This document shows, one piece after another, positions 19,224 to 26,516 of a stretch of DNA of 31,725 nt. Source of the stretch: a virus (Duplodnaviria > Caudoviricetes); the IMG/VR virus record IMGVR_UViG_3300008012_000096, positions 1 to 31,725 of that record; one strand, written 5' to 3'. The notes below the pieces were generated by a model. The model was not told the DNA's origin, did not search any database, and was given only the letters and a program-made list of their open reading frames with translations. Within the stretch, counting starts at the first letter, position 1. Every line of letters starts with the position of its first letter. A program made the translations under genes and the position numbers.

Positions 19224-19374
19224 TTTTATCTACTCCTTGTTCGATATCAATGATAACAGCATTACGCTTCAAATTATTCATCATTTGAAATATCTCCTCT
19301 ACTTCTTGTAGAGTAATTTCCCATGTTTCTTGTGTGTCATAATTGACTTTTACTGTTACATATTTGGTTTTCAT
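19216..19374 (-). CDS. 52-aa micro-protein (not in track)
   Basis: MKTKYVTVKVNYDTQETWEITLQEVEEIFQMMNNLKRNAVIIDIEQGVDKNE*; GGTGGTGA SD and ATGA overlap. Confidence 0.65.
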   Translation of the reverse strand: MKTKYVTVKVNYDTQETWEITLQEVEEIFQMMNNLKRNAVIIDIEQGVDKNE

Positions 19375-19574
19375 GTCACCACCCTGTATCTGTTTTCTTT
19401 TATTTTCTCCACATTATCTAATCTAGCGAGATACCACCCTATTGCTGAAACTGAACCAATATATTGGCTTGTTCCATATTTAGATACTATCTCTTCCAAT
19501 ATCTTATTAGAAGAAAATACATCTTCTCTAGTTCCTACTGCTTCTCTTATCCATCTTTTAAAAAAACTATTCAC
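19371..19574 (-). CDS. Small putative winged-helix protein
   Basis: 67 aa; helix-helix-helix-wing pattern 'FSSNKILEEI...SVSAIGWYL...VEKI..NRYRV'; GTGA overlap. Confidence 0.55.
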   Translation of the reverse strand: MNSFFKRWIREAVGTREDVFSSNKILEEIVSKYGTSQYIGSVSAIGWYLARLDNVEKIKENRYRVVT

Positions 19575-19693
19575 TCTTCTTCACCACACTTTCTTGATTC
19601 AATTAAATCCAAAAACGCTTCATGTTCACATCTTTTACAATGATACTTTCCTTCAAATTCAGGTCTGTGTATTTTTGGTTTTTTACATTTCAT
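19571..19693 (-). CDS. 40-aa Cys/His zinc-finger micro-protein (not in track)
   Basis: MKCKKPKIHRPEFEGKYHCKRCEHEAFLDLIESRKCGEEE*; stop/start overlaps at both ends. Confidence 0.65.
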   Translation of the reverse strand: MKCKKPKIHRPEFEGKYHCKRCEHEAFLDLIESRKCGEEE

Positions 19694-19944
19694 TCATTTT
19701 CCTCCTTTGGAATTAAAGGTGTAGGTACTCCGTCTATTATAGACCAATGTTCAAATTCTTCATTTGGGTCAGGATTAATTACAGGAATTAAGTTAGAAAA
19801 CTCTCTAAGAGAACATTTCATGCAATAACCGTTCATTAATCCTTTAATAATCCATGAAGGGGAATCTTCCCCCATAGACATAGGCTCACCTATTATTCTA
19901 GTTTCGCAGTTTTTGAATCTGCATTTTCTACCTTCTAGTTTCAT
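19690..19944 (-). CDS. Cys-rich hypothetical protein (putative Zn finger)
   Basis: C-x4-C ... C-x2-C; ATGA overlap with the PolB-N stop. Confidence 0.65.
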   Translation of the reverse strand: MKLEGRKCRFKNCETRIIGEPMSMGEDSPSWIIKGLMNGYCMKCSLREFSNLIPVINPDPNEEFEHWSIIDGVPTPLIPKEENE

Positions 19945-21605
19945 ACTTCCAACTCCTTAGCCTTGAATGCGGCTAATCTAATTGCTTCTCTAGCACTAGC
20001 AGTAATACTAGCGGCTAGAGTAACATTAGCCCAACTAAATCCTTGAAAAGCAACAATGCCATAAAAAGATGCCATTAGTCTCTTAACTGCCATTTGATTA
20101 TTGTGCCATTTCATATACTCACCGTTTGGCTTCCCTCTAGCCTCTTTCATTTTGGCTTTATAATCATTCCTAAGTTCCTTCAATTCTAATACTGCTTTTG
20201 GTAATAGACCCATTTTATCAGTTTTGAAATAAACCATTTGTTCTTGGGTTGTTTCACTAAAATCTCTAGGTGTTAGAATATTCACACCAAAGGCTGTTGG
20301 TTCTTCGCTAATAGTTTCCCAAGATATATTTCTTGCTATCATCATAGAAGGATATAGTCCGGCAAAATCAAAAGCGGCTACATTGAAATGTAATCCATTT
20401 GTTTCTTCACTTAATGGGTCGTAAATCATAGCGCCTTCATATTCTTGTCTTTTCTCTACTCTTTGTCCTGTTGGTGCTTTCCACCAAGCATTTCTCATAA
20501 AATAAATAGAACCCATATGACTAGCATAAAAACAAGCATCAAATGGTGCTTTTAGTAGTCTTTGTAAAGAAACAATAGCATCACTACAATAATTCTTTTC
20601 ATCTAGTTCTACAATAAGTTCTACATCTTTTAAAGCATATTCAAGATAAGTTTCTGTATCTTCTAACCAACCCCTACGATAAAACTCATTTGTATCGCTA
20701 AACTTTTCGGAAACCAATTTCTTTTTATTGAGTGCTATTTGTCCAATATAATCAAGTGCTAAAGAAGGTAGCGTTCCCCTTTGAGAATCATTCCACTGTC
20801 GCTCAAAAGCCAAGTCTAAATCGAGGGTTATGCGGCCTCCTATGGGCTGTTCTATCGGGGAGAATCCTTTGTCGGCATAAGCAAAACTGTAGCCTTTCTT
20901 GGTCTTTTTAACACCCTTAATTGTGCCAATTGGAGACATTATGTTAGGGTTTAATCCTAAAGCACATGCCCTGTCCAATAACTTAGGAACATCAGCGAAG
21001 TTACCAAACCATGCAATTAACATATCGGGGTCTTTTACAACCATAGTTGTCATAAAGGATTGAATCATGTCTTTTTCATTATCATACAAAAATAGTTCAT
21101 TATTTTCATAATCGGTGTAAACTGATAAATCAAACTCTTGATTAGGACACCATACCCACTGGTAATATTTCTTATCATAATTATCATACATTACAATAGT
21201 AGTAATCTTATCGTGGTGTTCTCCGCCTTGTTGCCATTCCATATCCCAATACCATTTTCTCAAATTATATTCGGGCATATCATCAATACAATCAACTGCG
21301 TATCTAAAATGAAAAGGAACATCTGCTTCATAAGTTCTTTTAAACATATTTTTCGCTTTGCTAACATCGAAGGATGATTCTACTATTACCTTCTTTAGTT
21401 TAACACCATCTAGATTTACCCAATCACCACGAATATACTCAAAGTCTCTAGTAATATATTTAGAGGCTTTATAGGATGGAGGCTCTCTAGAATCTTCTTC
21501 AACATAAAAGTAAGGAGCAAAGGAAACAGTCTTGTGTTCCTTTTTACCGTTTTCTCTCCACGAAAGATATATCTTATCTCCTTCATTTGTTCTGCTTATA
21601 ATCAT
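19941..21605 (-). CDS. polB: Family B DNA polymerase, N-terminal subunit (N-domain, 3'-5' exonuclease, motifs A and B)
   Basis: 'PYFY', 'YEADVPF..RY..D', ExoI 'DMEW', ExoIII 'YALKD', motif A 'DFAGLYPS', motif B 'KRLMASFYG'; ends before motif C. Confidence 0.93.
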   Translation of the reverse strand: MIISRTNEGDKIYLSWRENGKKEHKTVSFAPYFYVEEDSREPPSYKASKYITRDFEYIRGDWVNLDGVKLKKVIVESSFDVSKAKNMFKRTYEADVPFHFRYAVDCIDDMPEYNLRKWYWDMEWQQGGEHHDKITTIVMYDNYDKKYYQWVWCPNQEFDLSVYTDYENNELFLYDNEKDMIQSFMTTMVVKDPDMLIAWFGNFADVPKLLDRACALGLNPNIMSPIGTIKGVKKTKKGYSFAYADKGFSPIEQPIGGRITLDLDLAFERQWNDSQRGTLPSLALDYIGQIALNKKKLVSEKFSDTNEFYRRGWLEDTETYLEYALKDVELIVELDEKNYCSDAIVSLQRLLKAPFDACFYASHMGSIYFMRNAWWKAPTGQRVEKRQEYEGAMIYDPLSEETNGLHFNVAAFDFAGLYPSMMIARNISWETISEEPTAFGVNILTPRDFSETTQEQMVYFKTDKMGLLPKAVLELKELRNDYKAKMKEARGKPNGEYMKWHNNQMAVKRLMASFYGIVAFQGFSWANVTLAASITASAREAIRLAAFKAKELEV

Positions 21606-22397
21606 TTAATCACCACTAACGAAAGGTGCTTTCAATAGTAGTCTATCATTTGAAACAATCAGTAGTGGGAATTCGTCTTTCATGTATATGTTTAGCATTT
21701 GGCCTTTTTGGAAAAACTTGTGAATAGGGCTTGAAAATTCTAATGTTGCCCCACCATCACCTGTTCTAAATACTGGTGTAATAATTTCATCATATTTATT
21801 TGTAGCATTTTGTCTAGAAGAAACTTCGAGTGTTCCTGCATATGGTTCTTCTTTAGATTTATTAAAGTCAAATTTATAGACACCTGTTTTTACAAGTTCA
21901 CAAGTTTTAATTGCATCATTCAACTGTTCTTGAGATATTGTAAATGCTACCTCAAACTTAGACTTACCAAAATTGAATAATACATTCGGGTTAGGGGTAT
22001 AGTTGATGTGAAGTAGCATATTCTTTAATGTCTCCAAAGCCTGTTCATTAGGATGATTTGTAATCAAAGGAACTGAAGCCTTCTTTCTACCACTAGATAG
22101 AGACATGAAGTCATCAACATCTACTACTGTATTCTCTCCAAAAGAATTTAGGTAAGGTATAACCATACTAACATCTACCACACAATCGCCATCTCTTTCT
22201 CCTTCTACTGTTAAGGCAATCTTAACGCAAAAGGTAGAATCTCCATTCCATATTTGTAGAGTATTTCCTGCCAAAATAATATAAGCACAATGGCCTAAAC
22301 TAGTAATACCAAAACCATTGTTGGTTGTGGACTTACCCTTTACCTGTATGCTATTAATTGCTTCTTTTAGTATTTTACTATCTACTGTGAATTTCAT
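21606..22397 (-). CDS. pcn: DNA sliding clamp (divergent PCNA-like)
   Basis: 263 aa; 'MKFTVDSKILKEAINSI' start, repeated 'FTISQEQLNDAIK', 'PLLI...LLLKAP' end; adjacent to polB, with RFC genes and PIP boxes in the cluster. Confidence 0.72.
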   Translation of the reverse strand: MKFTVDSKILKEAINSIQVKGKSTTNNGFGITSLGHCAYIILAGNTLQIWNGDSTFCVKIALTVEGERDGDCVVDVSMVIPYLNSFGENTVVDVDDFMSLSSGRKKASVPLITNHPNEQALETLKNMLLHINYTPNPNVLFNFGKSKFEVAFTISQEQLNDAIKTCELVKTGVYKFDFNKSKEEPYAGTLEVSSRQNATNKYDEIITPVFRTGDGGATLEFSSPIHKFFQKGQMLNIYMKDEFPLLIVSNDRLLLKAPFVSGD

Positions 22398-23212
22398 ATT
22401 TCTCCCTCTCTCAATTCCTTAATTCCATTCCATTCTACTTTGCCACTACCAACAATTAGAGTTTCCCAAGAAGTTCCAACTAGGGATGTATTTGTTTTAC
22501 TACTCATAAGAGTCGCTTTGTATGCTACATCGCCTTTCTTTAGAATTCTTTTTGTGTTGATTATTTGGTGTAAGAAATCACCCCAATTGTGCCAATTAGG
22601 TTTTGTTCCTATTACTTCACCTGTTGCGCCATAATCAGCCTTAGCGTGAGTAATGTAAATTTGGTCACAATTAAGATTCTTGCACATAGCCAATAAAGAG
22701 TAAAATGGTGCATTTCTTTTACCCCACTCAAACTTCATCTTCTGTGGCTTACCAATCTTAGAACTTCCTGTAACATGAAGTGTGCAACAGTCTAGCCATT
22801 TATCTACTCCATCAAATACAAACAAAACATCTTCTCCTTTTTCGATTTGTTCTTTTACAAACAAAACAAAATCTTCGGAGTTTGCTTCGGACTTTTGTAT
22901 ATCTAGTTCGCCATTTTGGTTTCTTACTTCCGGATTCCATAAAGTAATTCTGTCAGTCATTTCATGATTTTGTCTCCATGTTGGTTCGCAACCATCATCC
23001 CAATCTAAAACATAAATTTTCTTATCGGGAAAATCCAATGCTAATCCACTCTTGACTGTTTTAGGTTCTCCCCAAATACCACATACTAGGCGACTATTTC
23101 TTTGTAGTCTACCTTCTGTTTGGGTTTTTAGTTTGTCTCTAAATGCTTCTACTCTTCTGTTATTTCCTGCTTTTTCTATCATTTCTTTATTTATATTATT
23201 TGTTAATCCCAT
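22394..23212 (-). CDS. RecA-superfamily ATPase, Sak4/AAA_24-like single-strand annealing protein
   Basis: 'GIWGEPKTVKS', 'VLDWDDG', Walker B 'VFDGVD', 'YITHAK'; GGTGA SD favours ATG 23212 (track 23221). Confidence 0.72.
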   Translation of the reverse strand: MGLTNNINKEMIEKAGNNRRVEAFRDKLKTQTEGRLQRNSRLVCGIWGEPKTVKSGLALDFPDKKIYVLDWDDGCEPTWRQNHEMTDRITLWNPEVRNQNGELDIQKSEANSEDFVLFVKEQIEKGEDVLFVFDGVDKWLDCCTLHVTGSSKIGKPQKMKFEWGKRNAPFYSLLAMCKNLNCDQIYITHAKADYGATGEVIGTKPNWHNWGDFLHQIINTKRILKKGDVAYKATLMSSKTNTSLVGTSWETLIVGSGKVEWNGIKELREGEI

Positions 23213-23217
23213 ATATA

Positions 23218-23688
23218 TCACCTATACATTTTCCATAATTCTATTATTTCATTTATTTCTTTTTTATCATTCATCCAAAACCTAAGAAACTTAGAACCGG
23301 AATGCAGTTTAACCATATAATTCAGGCTCTCTTCATCTTGTCTCCAAGTTATGAAATCTGTAGTTGCTAAATCAGTAACCCATGCTCTTTCTTTCTTTAC
23401 AATCCCATCTTCTATTGAGATGCGTTCTCTTTTGTTCAAATTAAAGGATGCAGAAGAAGAATCTCTCCATTCTATCGGAGGAGGTATCTTTCTATTCATA
23501 TAGAATACCTTTACTTCTTCTAATTCTTTTTTAGACATTTCTTGTATTATTTCTTTGTCTTCTTCGCTAAAATGTATTTTAACATCATAAACACCGTCTT
23601 CGATGTGCGCCCATGAAATATGGGTTACACAATTAATGTCTGTAATTGCTCTATCTGTTTCTAAATAATTCTTTTCAATTTTTATCAT
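23218..23688 (-). CDS. Hypothetical protein made of two tandem ~62-aa repeats
   Basis: IKIE...RAITD...ISW...YDVKIH...KKELEEV versus ISIE...RAWVTD...ITW...YMVKLH...KKEINEI. Confidence 0.7.
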   Translation of the reverse strand: MIKIEKNYLETDRAITDINCVTHISWAHIEDGVYDVKIHFSEEDKEIIQEMSKKELEEVKVFYMNRKIPPPIEWRDSSSASFNLNKRERISIEDGIVKKERAWVTDLATTDFITWRQDEESLNYMVKLHSGSKFLRFWMNDKKEINEIIELWKMYR

Positions 23689-23804
23689 ATCTATTCCTCA
23701 TAAGGATAGGCTTCGCACCTAGTCGAGTATCAATCTTTTCCCACAAGTTCACACTTACACTTGTAATGAAAGCGGGGCATGCTCAAAACCCGCTTAGGAA
23801 TTAA
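23689..23804 (-). ncRNA. Candidate structured intergenic RNA / cis-regulatory leader
   Basis: Longest non-coding gap in the cluster; three inverted repeats (AAGCGGG/CCCGCTT, ACAAGT/ACTTGT, TAGG-TGCGAAG-CCTA). Confidence 0.5.
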
Positions 23805-25022
23805 TCAAAACCAATCGAAATTAGATTCTACTGGTTGTGATACTTCTACTGCTGAACCATGCTTTTCAGTGCAATAAAGCCCCGAAACATTTAGTGTAGC
23901 AGGTTGAGTACCTTCATCATTAATTGATTGACTGGTTCTACCAACAACAATAACTGTAGAACCTATGCCGAAATCTAATGATAGATGTTCCGGAATCCAA
24001 CAGGTTGTTGTTCCCGAATCACTTTCATAATCTAATTCAGCATCTAAGTCTGTAAGATTAATGATTCTATTACCGTTAGATGTCGGAGTCATATTCATAT
24101 TACAAACTGTTCCATCTGTAATAATAAATCTCTCCTTAACAGGTAGAGATTGCCTAACTATATGCTCTTTGTCCATATCAACTAATGGTATTAGGTTGCT
24201 CTTGAAATGTTCTTTTAGGCAATCTTCAAAACTAAAGTTTGACATATCTCTAAACAAATCATTATCAGGATTCATTTCATTATTTAGACTTAAACTATTA
24301 ACAGTTAAATCCTTAGCACCATAAATATCAGTTCCGTTATCATTAGCAACACATAGGAAATGCACCCATTCAAAAGTGTTAGGAGCAAAATCAACTCCTG
24401 CCTGCCCTTTGTAAGAGAAGTAGTATGGTTTCATTTCACCATTAACTCCAATTGAGCCAAAGAAAATTCCACTTCTTCTCATCAATTGAGCAGGCAAAGG
24501 TCTACCATAGTTTTGATTCTTTTCGCCACTCATATAAGATTCAGTAGAATCAAGTGGAATATAGATTCTTCCATCTTCTAATGTTACTGCCCCTTCGGGA
24601 AGTTCCGGCATTACCTTTTCTCTATATTCACCGTTATGGTATCTAGATACAGTATATTTTCCTAGTGCATTTTCTACAGCCACAGCAACAATACCTTTCT
24701 CTAAAGCATTATCTTCATTTCTTAGGTATTCTTCTTGTGCTTTCATTCTGTTCCATGCCATACTATCTCTAGGTGCGTCTAAAGAAACAAAGAATCCAAA
24801 TGCCGCTTTATACCATGATTCACCCGAATCTTTGGTTTCTTTCGTCTCTTGGCTTCTTCTTGCATTAGCAACATAGTTTCGCCAAATACCCTTAGCAATT
24901 GGGTTTGTTGGCTCAATACCATTTTGTTCGCATACTTCCACGAACTTTGCTTCTGCTTCTTCAACGCTCATACCGATGTATTGTGCGCTCTTTGCTATTT
25001 CATTTTTCATATCTTCGTTCAT
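23805..25022 (-). CDS. rpa: RPA-like OB-fold single-stranded DNA-binding protein
   Basis: Archaeal RPA-like N-terminus 'GMSVEEAEAKF'; C-terminal OB fold 'GTVCNM...INLTD...TCW...GSTVIVVGRT...LNVSGLY'; acidic-aromatic tail. Confidence 0.68.
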   Translation of the reverse strand: MNEDMKNEIAKSAQYIGMSVEEAEAKFVEVCEQNGIEPTNPIAKGIWRNYVANARRSQETKETKDSGESWYKAAFGFFVSLDAPRDSMAWNRMKAQEEYLRNEDNALEKGIVAVAVENALGKYTVSRYHNGEYREKVMPELPEGAVTLEDGRIYIPLDSTESYMSGEKNQNYGRPLPAQLMRRSGIFFGSIGVNGEMKPYYFSYKGQAGVDFAPNTFEWVHFLCVANDNGTDIYGAKDLTVNSLSLNNEMNPDNDLFRDMSNFSFEDCLKEHFKSNLIPLVDMDKEHIVRQSLPVKERFIITDGTVCNMNMTPTSNGNRIINLTDLDAELDYESDSGTTTCWIPEHLSLDFGIGSTVIVVGRTSQSINDEGTQPATLNVSGLYCTEKHGSAVEVSQPVESNFDWF

Positions 25023-25053
25023 ATATTTTCACTCCTGTATTTTTGCTCCAATT

Positions 25054-25962
25054 CTATATATTTCCTACTAACCATGAGGCTAGCACTTTAGGGGTCATAG
25101 TAGTGGAACGCCATTCGCTTTCCCCTATAGTTCTAAGGAATTTAAATTTAGTAGTGCTGTCTAGTTCATCCATTTCAATTACAGCATCGTGTAATCCTAA
25201 ACATATTTCTTTCATTGAAAGTCCGTAATATATCATATCGTGAATATCCCCTAATGCACTAGTATTTCTTTGATTCATTTTCATTATCAATTTTTTGAAG
25301 TCATCTAGTGAAGCCGACACTTGTTTCTTGAGTGTGGTTCCACTTGACTTGGCGGCCTGTAATTCGGTTATCGCTCTCCTCATATCACCGTTCATAGCAT
25401 ATATAAAGGAGTCTAATTCTTCATCCGAAAACCTATCAATGTTCTCTTTTGACAAAATAGACTTTAAGACTTGTTTTACCGAATTGTTGCTTAATGGTTT
25501 AAAATGATAATTAGCACATCTACTTTGTATAGGAAATACAATTTTGTTTCTGTTATTACAAGTAATAACAAAACGAATATTATTTGCATATCTTTCCATA
25601 ATTCTTTTCAAGGCATTTTGTGCGTCTCCAGTCATTCCATCCATTTCATCTAACAACATAATTTTGAAAGGAACACCGCCAATTGAACGGCTTTGTGCTA
25701 CTTCTTTGATAGTGGTTCTAACCATTTCTAATCTTCTGTCATCGGAAGCATTTACTTCATAGAAGTTTTCTTTGAAACTATCTTTCAGTATTTCTTTTCC
25801 TAAGACTATTCCTGCTCCTGTCTTTCCATTACCTGCATTTCCATAAAGCAAAACATTAGGCATGTTGTTTTCTTCTACCCATGTTTTAGCATCTAAAACA
25901 AAATGCTCTTGTCCGATAATGTGTTCTAATTTACTTGGTCTGTATTTTTCTGTCCATAACAT
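25054..25962 (-). CDS. rfcS: Replication factor C small subunit (clamp loader)
   Basis: 'WTEKYRP', 'GNAGNGKT', 'EVNASDDR', 'LLDEMD...AQNAL', 'IQSRC', 'GDMR'. Confidence 0.96.
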   Translation of the reverse strand: MLWTEKYRPSKLEHIIGQEHFVLDAKTWVEENNMPNVLLYGNAGNGKTGAGIVLGKEILKDSFKENFYEVNASDDRRLEMVRTTIKEVAQSRSIGGVPFKIMLLDEMDGMTGDAQNALKRIMERYANNIRFVITCNNRNKIVFPIQSRCANYHFKPLSNNSVKQVLKSILSKENIDRFSDEELDSFIYAMNGDMRRAITELQAAKSSGTTLKKQVSASLDDFKKLIMKMNQRNTSALGDIHDMIYYGLSMKEICLGLHDAVIEMDELDSTTKFKFLRTIGESEWRSTTMTPKVLASWLVGNI

Positions 25963-26174
25963 TATATCCTCTCCAATTTAGATTCTATTTCTTGTATTTT
26001 TTTCTCAACATCATATATTGCTTGAGACAATTCCATACCTATGTGATGGGGTTTGTAAATATCAACCCAATCTAAGGTTTCATAAATAGTGTCTATTTCT
26101 TCCAATTCCTTTAATAATTCCTTGTAGTCTTTTAATCTGTTTTCTATTTCTTTTATTCTTTCTGACGCTTTCAT
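25962..26174 (-). CDS. Small helical-hairpin / coiled-coil protein
   Basis: 70 aa; GAGGAGG SD; TAATG coupling to rfcS. Confidence 0.65.
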   Translation of the reverse strand: MKASERIKEIENRLKDYKELLKELEEIDTIYETLDWVDIYKPHHIGMELSQAIYDVEKKIQEIESKLERI

Positions 26175-26176
26175 TT

Positions 26177-26293
26177 TTATTCCTCCTCAAATTTAATCAG
26201 TTCTTGTTGTATTGGTTTAAACTCCGGCATCAATAGCCCGCCTAACCAATAACAAAATGCAAAAAATACTGCTGTTAATATTACCTCAAGCAT
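26177..26293 (-). CDS. 38-aa membrane micro-protein with PIP-box-like C-terminus (not in track)
   Basis: MLEVILTAVFFAFCYWLGGLLMPEFKPIQQELIKFEEE*; fills the gap, overlapping the wHTH stop. Confidence 0.62.
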   Translation of the reverse strand: MLEVILTAVFFAFCYWLGGLLMPEFKPIQQELIKFEEE

Positions 26294-26516
26294 CTTTATT
26301 CCTCCATATTGTTTGTGTCACTTGATTACAAAATCCTGCTTTCTCATAATGTATTTTAAGAAGCATTTGTAATTGATGTGTAGATGGCATTCCTTTCTTT
26401 ACAGGCGTGCCTTTCTTAGTCTTAGCATTCCAAAGACCTTCTTTGATTTGCCCTGTAGTCATTTCTTTATTATTCAACATTTCTTTTATTCTCATATGCA
26501 TCCATTTATTTTTCAT
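26286..26516 (-). CDS. Small winged-helix protein, paralogue of 11499-11729
   Basis: 'EMTTGQIKEGL...STHQLQMLL...YEKAGF...IW'. Confidence 0.65.
   Translation of the reverse strand: MKNKWMHMRIKEMLNNKEMTTGQIKEGLWNAKTKKGTPVKKGMPSTHQLQMLLKIHYEKAGFCNQVTQTIWRNKDA

Noticed and set aside
18701-19940. Intein, split intein or self-splicing intron interrupting polB
   Set aside because: No Cys/Ser-initiated intein N-part on PolB-N and no His-Asn C-part before motif C; the interval is fully tiled by coupled ORFs, leaving no room for a ribozyme core
23689-23804. tRNA gene or cobalamin riboswitch
   Set aside because: Only a T-arm-like hairpin is present; no D or anticodon arms, no 7-bp acceptor stem and no B12 box
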